The position numbers were made by a program, and so were the translations under genes. Below, piece by piece: positions 1 to 8,957 of a stretch of DNA of 64,000 nt. How positions within the stretch are numbered: the stretch's first letter is position 1; every line of letters begins with the position of its first letter. The notes beneath the pieces are model-generated. The model made no database searches, was not told the DNA's origin, and was given only the letters and a program-made list of their open reading frames with translations. The stretch lies in the IMG/VR virus record IMGVR_UViG_3300025195_000023, positions 9,087 through 73,086 of that record, one strand, 5' to 3'. The stretch is from a virus.

Positions 1-103
1 GGCTAGTTTCAACCGGTGCAACTTCGTGAGTGTCACGCCAATCTCGCACCTGCGCCCAGGTTGCTGGTCGGTTATCCGGATTAAGTTGTAGAGACCGCTT
101 CAA
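1..103 (-). CDS. Partial tail-fibre assembly/chaperone-like protein (DUF4376-like), runs off the left edge
   Basis: TTG start at 103 behind AGGAGG; reads MKRSLQLNPDNRPATWAQVRDWRDTHEVAPVETS; overlaps the stop of 81..494; lies downstream of the tail fibre. Confidence 0.5.
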   Translation of the reverse strand, partial: MKRSLQLNPDNRPATWAQVRDWRDTHEVAPVETS

Positions 104-494
104 TGGTCACCTCCTGCCTGAGATAGGGAACGGCGTCAAAGGTCAGAGTGTAGTTGCCGGGAAGATCGGTAGACAACTGAACCTCTCCGTCATTGACTAC
201 ATCCTCCTGGCCGTCGGGCCAGATAACCGTGGTGCCAACTGGTACGTTGCTGATGGTTAAAACATCCAGCCCATCAGCAATGATTTGTAGTTTATCTTTC
301 TGAAAAGCAAATGATTGTTTTGCAAGAACTTGGCCATTAGCTACATACAGGTCATCACCAAGATCGTCACCGTAAGTCAATAGCGCTGCTGTTGGCGAGA
401 AATCTGCAGGATCGACAGATCGTAATTCGCCGCTGCCTTTCACGATCACATATCCTGTCGATGGCTCATATACTACATAATTGTAGAGAATCAT
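81..494 (-). CDS. Tail-fibre-associated hypothetical protein
   Basis: 137-aa ORF coupled (ATGA overlap) to the tail fibre gene. Confidence 0.6.
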   Translation of the reverse strand: MILYNYVVYEPSTGYVIVKGSGELRSVDPADFSPTAALLTYGDDLGDDLYVANGQVLAKQSFAFQKDKLQIIADGLDVLTISNVPVGTTVIWPDGQEDVVNDGEVQLSTDLPGNYTLTFDAVPYLRQEVTIEAVSTT

Positions 495-3400
495 CTTTTT
501 ACCCCTAATACGGTTGCAAAAACATTTCTGCAGGCGGCACCACCGGCACTTCCCCTATATTGCACTTTTATACTAACCCCTGTATTTGGAAATGACAGTT
601 TGGTAGACGCACCGGCAGTAATGTATCCTGTGCCTAGTCTGGATCCACTTCCGCGAACAACACCGGCGACTACAAGTCGTAAATAACCGTTGCCATCCGC
701 CTCACCGTTAGTTCCGCCTTGCACTTCTCCGCCCCAAGTCACTAGTGCATCAATATTGCCAGTAGTTTCGGTATAATAAGTAAAAGATATTACATCGACC
801 CAACTAGTGGCACCTCCACGACTGCCGTCAGTTTGCGCCTGCAGCAGTGTTACGGCATTCCCCCTGATCTGCAGCGTATCGACGTAGGCATCCCCAGTGT
901 AGATCTTGGTGCCGTCAATCCAGGTGAAGCCGGGCTTTACCCAGTAGTCCGTCAGGGCAGACGACGCCCGGGAACTGCTACCAATGCTCGCCACATAGGG
1001 ATCGTCACCACCGCCACCAGACCCATACAGCTCCCATTCGTAGCCATGGTTGCCGGTATTTACTGAGTTTCCGTTCATCCACACCCGGACATAGCGGGCA
1101 AACTTGCCAATTGGTGTAATGGTTGGGAACTCATAGCCGACCTCGTAGCCGCCAGCGGCTGATCGAGACCAGACAAAACCCGTCGCATTGCCACCGTTGG
1201 TAGGGCCGGAACCAACAACATACTCCCAGGTGTTTCCATCCGTAGACACGGCAATGGCGTACTTGTATCTGCGCCCATCCAGGGCGTAGAAAAACATCCT
1301 GTTTTCGCTGACATATCGCTCAGAACCAAGGTCTGCCTGCAAGTACTGCACGCCGCCGGGTATACTCCAGTAGTCTGAAGAGATTGCCCTAACGCCGTCG
1401 CTTATGTAAGCCGCGTTGGTAATAGTCGCCGAGCTAGTGGTGGTAGCCCCCGAACGGATAAAGTTCCCGGACTTGTAGTTCTGGTACTTCGGCACCCCAC
1501 CAATCTGCACCGAATCCGCTATGTAACCAGTGTCCATTTCCACATGGCCGCGAAACGTTCCGTTGTTGGCTTCAATAGTACCGTCTGCCCCCAGCTTCCA
1601 GCCAGATTGTCCCGCAACAAAATTATCAGATTCTGCCTGTCGAGCAACGAGGTTATCCACGTCGATATAGTCAGCCTTGAGCTTCCCATTGTTTACAACC
1701 ACCGAGCCACTTTCATCACGGAGCTTGGAGAACGTCAACTCGTTAATAGCTGCCTGGTCAATGAATACCTCACTTCCCTCGATGATCAGGGGCAACTTAC
1801 CACCATCAATAGAGCCATCTGGCTGTAACTTACCGACCCAGAAACGGTCTACATCAAACCCAGCTTCTACGGACTGGCCTTGTGTGGCTAAACCAAACCC
1901 ACCGACATATTTCGTACCGTTACTGTCTGACTGTACCTTGACCGTGTACTGGCTGTTGAGGTTACCGATATCATCCTTATAGGCCCGCATACGCTGTTCC
2001 ACGTTGGCGGTCTCGTTATCCCCGTCAGTGATCTGGACACCCTTGACCACTTCAGCAATGGCATGCATATCGAGCCAGGTACCTGCTGCCGCCTCACAAG
2101 AGTCCTTTGTGGTCTTCGACCCATCCGGAGCCCCGTTAATCAAGCAGTAACCAATCTGTGCCTGTTTGAAGTCCTGTATTGCGGCAGACACCTGATTCCC
2201 GGTATACAGGTTGATGGGTTGCCAGGTTGCCCCATCCCATTGGTAGGGCTTGTCACCATCACCCTCATCGAGCCAGAGATCCCCTACCTTCGCTTCTGTC
2301 GGGGCGGAGGGTTGTCGACTAATCCGGGTCTTGTTCTGGTCACTGGCGAGCGCCCAGGACGCACCGTTCCAGAGATACAGCGTGTTACCTGAATCCGTAT
2401 CAATCCAGAGGTCACCGACGCCTTCAGCGGTCGGTGCTGTAGCCTGGTAGTACGTCGTAATTTTACCATCAGCCGTGGCCTGTGCGTCTTCTGCAGCAGC
2501 GATCGCCATGGCAATGGAGTTGTCCTGGATCAGTTTCCAGTTGGTGCCGTTCCAGCGGTACGCTTGATCGTTGTCCGTGTCGAACCAGAGATCCCCCAGG
2601 TCCGTGGTGTTATTCAGTCCAGTCGGGGCGGTAGCCTGGTAATAGGTCCGGATGGCGTTGTCAGCGACAGCCTGTGCCGCCTCCGCTGCACTCATTGCAT
2701 CGTTAGCCGCCTGTTGAGCTGTGACCAAATCCGAAGCCAGTTGGGAGATACGCTGATCTGTACCCAGTACCCAACCGGTTGTCTCACCTTGCCAGACGTA
2801 CAACTTGTTGTTGTCGTCTGTATCAAGCCACAGATCCCCGATGTTCTCCGGCAAGGCCGGGGGATTGGCCTGGAAGTACGTCCGGGTTTTTCGACCTACG
2901 CTGGCTTCCAGTGTCGTGATACTTTGAGCCATCGCACCATCCGCATTGGTTCGGGCCTTGCGTTCATCCTCGATGGCTGCAAAGGCTGCACCGATACCAC
3001 CGTCCTGAGCGTTCACCCAGTTCGTCCCATCCCATTGGTACAGGCGGTTATCCTCAGCGGTATTCACCCACAGGTCGTTTTCATTAACGATACGTACTGC
3101 CGGATCCGGGGGAACGTCACTCCGGAAAATCTGTGAGGTGGACGCCACCAGCGTCTGTACCTGCTGACTCAAGGCCTCGTCGGCATCGGCCCGGGCTTGG
3201 GACTCAGAGGTAATGGCCGCGGCATTGTCCGCTGAACTGGCTTCCACCGTAGTAATACGCGAAGCCAGTGCGGAATCTGCATCTGCCCGGGCTTTCTGTT
3301 CGGTCTGTACGTCTGCGGCATTATCCTGAACGGATGCACTGAGCGTGTCCAGACGCGAACTGAGTGCGGAATCTGCTGTTGTACGGGCCTGCTCTTCTGA

Positions 3401-4378
3401 GTTGATAGCAGCAAACGCAGCCTGAATACCTGTGTCCTGGGTATCGACCCACTCCAACCCAGTCCACTGATACAGCCGGTTACCGTCACTGGTATCGAAC
3501 CAGAGGTCATTCAGGTTGATCGGAGTCGTGCCCGGGGTAGGCGCCGTATCCGCCCGGAAGATTCTGACGGACGTTGCAATCACCGTATCAATCCGCTCAC
3601 CCAGTGCCTCGTCAGCGGTCGCCCGTGTAGTGGACTCCGAGGTAATGGCTGCGGCATTGGTGTCTGTTTCAGCCTGTAGCGTACTGATATCGGAAGCCAG
3701 TGCATCATCTGCTGTAGCCCGTACTGTCTGTTCCTCCAGGATCAGGGCATTGTTGTCCTGTTGTTGAGCAAAGAGGAGATTCAGAGACTCCACAATGGAG
3801 GAGTCGCCCTCCGTGCGCTCGGTGACTTCCTGTCGAATCAGGGTATCCACATCGGCTACTACCTGCTCCATACCGGCCAGAGCCGAAGCGAACATATCAT
3901 CCGAGTTCACCCGATCCAGTCGCTCAGCCAGGATCTCATCCTTGTTGGTGTCGATCTCGTCAATACGATTCCGTAGGGCCGTTGCCAGCAGACCATCATT
4001 GATCTCGCCGGACAACATCAGAATCATTTGCTCAATCGTAGGACGGGCTGTAGCGGATGCCGGGCCAAGCAATTCCCCGACGGTACCGTTAACAGACACA
4101 TGCTGGACCCAGTAGTAATACTGGATCGGCGTGGCAGACTCTGTCTTGTCGTAGAAGAAATCCCCATTGACCTTCCGTAGAAGTACACGAGTCTCCGGAT
4201 CAGCCGACCCACTCCGGTACAGCCTACTGTGGGCCACTGCATGTGCATTCAATTCTGGATAGGTCCAGGTGACGTCAATACCCCCGAACGCCGGGGATGC
4301 AGAGATCAGTGAGTTATTTAAGTCAGGATCCCCAGGTTTCGGGAAGTTACCCGATCCCGTTCCACAATAATCAGCCAT
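491..4378 (-). CDS. Tail fibre / host-specificity protein
   Basis: 1295 aa; FN3-like N-terminus; repeated coiled-coil units (ARxxADxAL); about 6 repeats of GDLWxDTxxxNxxYxWxGxxW; DUF1983-like YTVKVQ...GFGL segment; discoidin/F5-8C-like domain near the C-terminus. Confidence 0.8.
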   Translation of the reverse strand: MADYCGTGSGNFPKPGDPDLNNSLISASPAFGGIDVTWTYPELNAHAVAHSRLYRSGSADPETRVLLRKVNGDFFYDKTESATPIQYYYWVQHVSVNGTVGELLGPASATARPTIEQMILMLSGEINDGLLATALRNRIDEIDTNKDEILAERLDRVNSDDMFASALAGMEQVVADVDTLIRQEVTERTEGDSSIVESLNLLFAQQQDNNALILEEQTVRATADDALASDISTLQAETDTNAAAITSESTTRATADEALGERIDTVIATSVRIFRADTAPTPGTTPINLNDLWFDTSDGNRLYQWTGLEWVDTQDTGIQAAFAAINSEEQARTTADSALSSRLDTLSASVQDNAADVQTEQKARADADSALASRITTVEASSADNAAAITSESQARADADEALSQQVQTLVASTSQIFRSDVPPDPAVRIVNENDLWVNTAEDNRLYQWDGTNWVNAQDGGIGAAFAAIEDERKARTNADGAMAQSITTLEASVGRKTRTYFQANPPALPENIGDLWLDTDDNNKLYVWQGETTGWVLGTDQRISQLASDLVTAQQAANDAMSAAEAAQAVADNAIRTYYQATAPTGLNNTTDLGDLWFDTDNDQAYRWNGTNWKLIQDNSIAMAIAAAEDAQATADGKITTYYQATAPTAEGVGDLWIDTDSGNTLYLWNGASWALASDQNKTRISRQPSAPTEAKVGDLWLDEGDGDKPYQWDGATWQPINLYTGNQVSAAIQDFKQAQIGYCLINGAPDGSKTTKDSCEAAAGTWLDMHAIAEVVKGVQITDGDNETANVEQRMRAYKDDIGNLNSQYTVKVQSDSNGTKYVGGFGLATQGQSVEAGFDVDRFWVGKLQPDGSIDGGKLPLIIEGSEVFIDQAAINELTFSKLRDESGSVVVNNGKLKADYIDVDNLVARQAESDNFVAGQSGWKLGADGTIEANNGTFRGHVEMDTGYIADSVQIGGVPKYQNYKSGNFIRSGATTTSSATITNAAYISDGVRAISSDYWSIPGGVQYLQADLGSERYVSENRMFFYALDGRRYKYAIAVSTDGNTWEYVVGSGPTNGGNATGFVWSRSAAGGYEVGYEFPTITPIGKFARYVRVWMNGNSVNTGNHGYEWELYGSGGGGDDPYVASIGSSSRASSALTDYWVKPGFTWIDGTKIYTGDAYVDTLQIRGNAVTLLQAQTDGSRGGATSWVDVISFTYYTETTGNIDALVTWGGEVQGGTNGEADGNGYLRLVVAGVVRGSGSRLGTGYITAGASTKLSFPNTGVSIKVQYRGSAGGAACRNVFATVLGVKR

Positions 4379-4485
4379 AAAGAAACACCCTACAAAACCG
4401 GTTTGTGTTCATTGTACGGAATCACTTTATGCCTGTTCCAAAATATCCAATACCCTACGCCCACATAAATAAAGAGGAAACCAAT

Positions 4486-5214
4486 ATGAAAGCCACCTAT
4501 CTCGACCACATGGGCTCAGATTTAACCGTGGTGAATGCGGCTCGATGTAGTTTCGGTGCTGAATCCAACGAGCTAACTGAAAAGGACAGAGGTCTTATTC
4601 AGTTCCTGGCCCGTGGTTGTATGACCAAAGATTGGCAAGAAGCAGTCGATAATCTTCAATGCACAACTGATACCCAAGAAATAAACGGTTACTTGAAGTG
4701 GGCTAAGAACATGCCGACTCACTGGACACCGTTCTCCCATGCCATGATCTCCATGCGAGAAACCGTGCCGATCTTTGTAGCCCGTCAGAGATTCAAACAT
4801 ATGGTTGGCTTCACTTATAACGAAGTGTCTCGCCGCTATGTGGACGATACACCGGAGTTCTATGTACCAGAAGTATGGCGTGCTCGTCCTGAAGGTGGGA
4901 TCAAGCAAGGTAGTGGCGGTGAGCATGAGTACAGCGAAAACATCAAGGACGGTTATGGTGAGATTGTCCGTCAACTCAGTAGTTATTATTCAGAGATGAT
5001 CGAGAATGGTGTGGCCCCGGAACAAGCCCGAATGGTATTGCCTCAATCCATGCTGACTACCTACTGGGTGACTGGTTCGTTATACGCATGGGCCAACGCC
5101 TACATCCAGCGTAGTGATAGTCACGCCCAGAAAGAAATCCAAGACCTTGCTGCTCAGTGGGACGATATCATCCGTCCCCTGTATCCAGTCAGCTGGTCTG
5201 CTCTCGTGGATTAA
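4486..5214 (+). CDS. thyX: Flavin-dependent thymidylate synthase
   Basis: GSDLTVVNAAR, HWTPFSH, PIFVARQRFKH...YNEVSRRY, APEQARMVLP, HAQKEI motifs; ATG 4486 follows GAGGA. Confidence 0.95.
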   Translation: MKATYLDHMGSDLTVVNAARCSFGAESNELTEKDRGLIQFLARGCMTKDWQEAVDNLQCTTDTQEINGYLKWAKNMPTHWTPFSHAMISMRETVPIFVARQRFKHMVGFTYNEVSRRYVDDTPEFYVPEVWRARPEGGIKQGSGGEHEYSENIKDGYGEIVRQLSSYYSEMIENGVAPEQARMVLPQSMLTTYWVTGSLYAWANAYIQRSDSHAQKEIQDLAAQWDDIIRPLYPVSWSALVD

Positions 5215-5267
5215 ATATCCACACAATAATCCATGCACATGGATACGCTAAAAGGTTCCCGCAACAC

Positions 5268-5292
5268 AGGGCTGTTATTTGCAGCCCTTTTT
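5268..5292 (+). terminator. Intrinsic terminator-like hairpin between thyX and nrdJ
   Basis: AGGGCTG-ttatttg-CAGCCCT followed by a T-run. Confidence 0.55.
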
Positions 5293-5309
5293 AATTCACT
5301 GGAGTAATT

Positions 5310-7550
5310 ATGAAATCACCCCGATCTGACAATAACCTTTTGGCCGCCAAAGCCATGATGGCTGAATCCAAGTTCTTTATGGGTTATGCCCGTTATCTTG
5401 ACGAGCAGGACCGTTACGAGACTTGGGAAGAAGCCGTTGCCCGGGTAATGGATATGCACCGGGAAAAGTACAAGGAGGTTATGTCGGATGAGCTGGAACA
5501 GCTGATCCAGTTTGCCCAGGATGCCTATACCAACTCCAAGGTATTGGGTGCCCAGCGGGCCCTGCAGTTTGGTGGTCCACAAATCTTCCAGCATGAGGGA
5601 CGACTGTACAACTGCAGTGCCTCTCACCTGGATCGACCCGAGTTCTTCCAGGAAGCCATGTACCTGTTGCTGTGTGGCTGCGGTGTGGGCTTCTCGGTAC
5701 AGACCCACCACATTGCACAGTTCCCGGACATTGCCCCGCGACGAGACGACCTGTCCAAGGTCTTCATCATCCCGGACAGCATTGAGGGCTGGGCCGATGC
5801 GTTTGGTGTACTGGTTTCCAGCTTCATTCCCGAAGGCCAGCATGCGCCGTTCCCGGAGTACCAGGGCTGTCATGTGTCGTTTGACTTTTCAGAGATCCGA
5901 CCCAAAGGGGCCTTCATCTCCGGCGGCTTCAAGGCTCCCGGGCCTGACGGTCTGCGAGCGTCCCTGAACAAGTGTGAAGACTTGATGAACCGTGCGGTAC
6001 GTCAGGGCAATCGACTGAAATCCATCGACGCCTATGACTTTGTCATGCACATGGCCGATGCCGTTCTCAGTGGCGGTGTCCGACGGTCAGCTACCATCTG
6101 CCTGTTCTCCAAGGACGACAAGGAGATGATGAACGCTAAGACCGGTGACTGGTTCAAGGCCAACCCTCAGCGTGGTCGATCCAACAACTCCGTTGTACTG
6201 GTTCGCGGTGAGGTCACCTACGAGGAATGGCAATCCATCAAGGAATCGGTACGAGAGTTTGGTGAGCCAGGCTTCATCTGGACGGACTCCACAGAGTTTG
6301 CCTACAACCCCTGCGTTGAGATTGGCATGCTGCCCAAGACGGAAGACGGTCGCTCTGGATTCCAGATGTGTAACCTGTCCGAGATCAATGGCGGTGCCTG
6401 TACTACGGCCGACGAGTTCTTCGCTGCCTGCCGTGCCGCAGCCATCCTGGGTACCCTGCAAGCCGGATACACCAACTTCACCTACCTGACCGACGCCACC
6501 CGGGAAATCGTTGAGCGTGAGGCGCTGATCGGTGTCTCGGTCACAGGCTGGATGAACAACCCAGACGTACTGTTTAACACTGAAAACATGAAGAACGGTG
6601 CCTACATCGTTCGTAATGTAAACAAGGAAGTGGCCCACCTGATCGGGATCAACCCTGCAGCCCGGACCACCTGTGTGAAGCCCTCAGGTAACGCCTCAGT
6701 CCTGCTGGGCACAGCCTCGGGCATTCATGGAGAACACTCCCCTCGGTACTTCCGAAACGTCCAGATGAACGACCTGGACGGGGCCCTGGCACTGATCCAG
6801 GAACGGAATCCGGACATGGTGGAAACCAGTGTCTGGAATCCTAACGGTACCGACAAGATCGTGAGTTTCCCGGTGATCTCCGACGAGGGCTCGATCTACA
6901 AGGACGACCTGCTAGGCGTCAAGCAGCTGGAGTACGTCAAACTGGCTCAACAGTACTGGGTAGAGTGTGGGACCAACCTGGACCTGTGTACTGATCCCCG
7001 TAACCGTCATAACGTCTCCAACACCATCACAGTGGATGATCTGGACGAAGTGTTCGACTACATCTGGGACAACCGGGAATGGTTTGCCGGTATCAGCCTA
7101 CTGTCTGCCTTTGGCGACAAGGCCCTGCCGCAGTCACCGTTTACCCAGGTACGTACCGCAGAAGAGATACAGGCACTCTATGGCCCAGCTGCCATGTTCG
7201 CGTCCGGCCTCATCGTTGATGGCCTTCACGCCTTCTCCAGTGATCTCTGGAAGGCCTGTGACTCTGCCATGGAGTTGGGTGCATCTCTGAGCCCCCATGG
7301 CTCCCACGACCTGCTGAAGCGGGACTGGGTACGTCGTGCGGTTCAGTTCGCAGACAACTACTTCGGGGGTGACATGCGGAAGATGACGGACTGCCTGAAA
7401 GATTGTCACTTGTTGCACAAGTGGGAAACCATTGCCCGAACCATTGAACCGATCAACTTCACCGAAGCGATGGGTAAGCAGGAGTACACGGACGTCAGTA
7501 CGATGGGTGCCCAGGCCTGTTCAGGTGGTGCCTGTGAGATAGCTTTCTGA
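5310..7550 (+). CDS. nrdJ: Class II (adenosylcobalamin-dependent, monomeric RTPR-type) ribonucleotide reductase
   Basis: GCGVGFSV, GGVRRSA, NPCVEI, CNLSEIN, TTCVKPSGNAS and C-terminal CSGGAC; no beta-subunit gene in the window. Confidence 0.85.
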   Translation: MKSPRSDNNLLAAKAMMAESKFFMGYARYLDEQDRYETWEEAVARVMDMHREKYKEVMSDELEQLIQFAQDAYTNSKVLGAQRALQFGGPQIFQHEGRLYNCSASHLDRPEFFQEAMYLLLCGCGVGFSVQTHHIAQFPDIAPRRDDLSKVFIIPDSIEGWADAFGVLVSSFIPEGQHAPFPEYQGCHVSFDFSEIRPKGAFISGGFKAPGPDGLRASLNKCEDLMNRAVRQGNRLKSIDAYDFVMHMADAVLSGGVRRSATICLFSKDDKEMMNAKTGDWFKANPQRGRSNNSVVLVRGEVTYEEWQSIKESVREFGEPGFIWTDSTEFAYNPCVEIGMLPKTEDGRSGFQMCNLSEINGGACTTADEFFAACRAAAILGTLQAGYTNFTYLTDATREIVEREALIGVSVTGWMNNPDVLFNTENMKNGAYIVRNVNKEVAHLIGINPAARTTCVKPSGNASVLLGTASGIHGEHSPRYFRNVQMNDLDGALALIQERNPDMVETSVWNPNGTDKIVSFPVISDEGSIYKDDLLGVKQLEYVKLAQQYWVECGTNLDLCTDPRNRHNVSNTITVDDLDEVFDYIWDNREWFAGISLLSAFGDKALPQSPFTQVRTAEEIQALYGPAAMFASGLIVDGLHAFSSDLWKACDSAMELGASLSPHGSHDLLKRDWVRRAVQFADNYFGGDMRKMTDCLKDCHLLHKWETIARTIEPINFTEAMGKQEYTDVSTMGAQACSGGACEIAF

Positions 7551-7551
7551 G

Positions 7552-7758
7552 GTGACTATGTCAGATAGGATGGACGCACTTAACCGCACCAAACCCTCTG
7601 ACGCTTACGGGTGCCCCTCTTGTGGGGCACCTGTTAAGTGTTCAATCGAGCAGGGTAAGAGTGCAAGTAGTTGCTGGTGCATGACGCTTCCACCACAAGG
7701 CAGCCCTGAAGAGGGCGGTCGTTGTGTGTGCAAAAGCTGCTTGCTGGGTAACCCGTAA
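7552..7758 (+). CDS. Cysteine-rich CWC family small protein
   Basis: CPSCG...C...CWC...CVCKSCL pattern. Confidence 0.7.
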   Translation: MTMSDRMDALNRTKPSDAYGCPSCGAPVKCSIEQGKSASSCWCMTLPPQGSPEEGGRCVCKSCLLGNP

Positions 7759-8068
7759 GCGGGTGCCAAGGGACGCAGCGTAGCGTAGTCCCGCCAGGCA
7801 CGTAGCGAACGGGTTACCTTCTGAAATCCCCTATTAACTCTTCGTAATAATCTACTTAGACTCGCCGCCCTTACGCCTTCCGTGCTTCGTCGGCCGTACT
7901 CGCTACGCTCCGTGCGGCTCCTTGCACACGGCGACGGGCTGAGTTTTGAGCAGGGGTTCTCCGAACCCTTGGTGAATCTGCCAGGAAGTGTCTGGGAGAT
8001 TCAGGGAGGGCTCACCGTTGCCGTCAGGTAACGGGGAGTTCTCCCCTTATATATTAAGTCGTTTTACG
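7747..8068. other. Intergenic cluster of long imperfect hairpins (origin-like or structured nucleic acid)
   Basis: GGTAACCCGT 7747-7756 / ACGGGTTACC 7809-7818 with nested stems; second long hairpin 7861-7943; three further hairpins to about 8046. Confidence 0.55.
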
Positions 8069-8080
8069 AAATCCGCCTAA

Positions 8081-8482
8081 GTGACTGTTTTGAAAAGCAT
8101 TATTCGCAGTATCGACGAGATGCCTCATCTCAAGGCACGACTGGGTAAGGCCCGGGTAGACCGTATACGGTACGCCCATCAGGCCGATGCCAGTAAGTTG
8201 CCACGATCCACCAATGTTCCCAACACCGTTATGGATGACGTTCAGGGCCTGGTACCACACAGACCTGGATGCCCAATTGCAGACATACTGAGTGGTGCCG
8301 CCCATCTGGACCCAAACCAGAGGGTGCCACTGAGCGTGGACCGATTGTACAACATGCTTCAGTGCATGCCGATGATCAACACACGCGAAGTCAAGAAGAT
8401 GATGGATGTGGATGACCGTCAGGCCCAGCGATATGTTCGGGCCATGAAATTTGCTCTCCCCCATATCTCCTCTCTGGTTTAA
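8081..8482 (+). CDS. Hypothetical protein with possible C-terminal HTH
   Basis: 133 aa; INTREVKKMMDVDDRQAQRYVRAM resembles an HTH; start codon uncertain. Confidence 0.55.
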   Translation: MTVLKSIIRSIDEMPHLKARLGKARVDRIRYAHQADASKLPRSTNVPNTVMDDVQGLVPHRPGCPIADILSGAAHLDPNQRVPLSVDRLYNMLQCMPMINTREVKKMMDVDDRQAQRYVRAMKFALPHISSLV

Positions 8483-8549
8483 CGACGATACGGCAAAACC
8501 TATTGATTTAGGCTTTGCCATAAACCCTGTCAATAAACCAAGGCCATCC

Positions 8550-8942
8550 ATGAAGCAATGTAAGAAAATCGGCTGCACCGTCGAATTTCAATTTTCCGAC
8601 CCCAACGATTACTGCCCCAAGTGCCGGGGCGTGGCTGCCAGTAACGACGAGTTCCTTCGTCAGGAGCTGGAGCCAGAAACCCAGACCTCCTCCGGAGGCG
8701 ACAATGGGTATTGGCTATTGCACATTCCCCACCCCAAGCGACTGGATCCCTACACCGTGGAGTGTGAGGACATCATCGAAGCCATGAACATGACCTTCCA
8801 GGAAGGTGAAGCGTTCAAGGCGCTGTTCCGCAAGTGCAAGATCCGCATGGGCGACGGTAAGCCCGGAGACACCGAGCTACGTTGTTCAGAGAAGGTTGCA
8901 CACTTCGGGGCACGAATGGTGGCCATGGAATCCCGCAAGTAA
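8550..8942 (+). CDS. DUF3310-like phage protein with N-terminal Cys motif
   Basis: ECEDIIEAMNMTFQEGEAFKALFR...ELRCSEKVAHF resembles DUF3310; CxxxxC...CPKC at the N-terminus. Confidence 0.6.
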   Translation: MKQCKKIGCTVEFQFSDPNDYCPKCRGVAASNDEFLRQELEPETQTSSGGDNGYWLLHIPHPKRLDPYTVECEDIIEAMNMTFQEGEAFKALFRKCKIRMGDGKPGDTELRCSEKVAHFGARMVAMESRK

Positions 8943-8957
8943 CCCAAGGAATCCGTT

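Noticed and set aside
2200-3760. Repeats in the tail fibre as a DGR or invertible cassette
   Set aside because: Degenerate protein-level repeats; no reverse transcriptase, invertase or adenine-specific TR/VR pair seen.
5310-7550. Inteins or introns in RNR, DNA polymerase or terminase
   Set aside because: ORFs are continuous and of normal length, with no splice-junction or homing-endonuclease motifs noticed.
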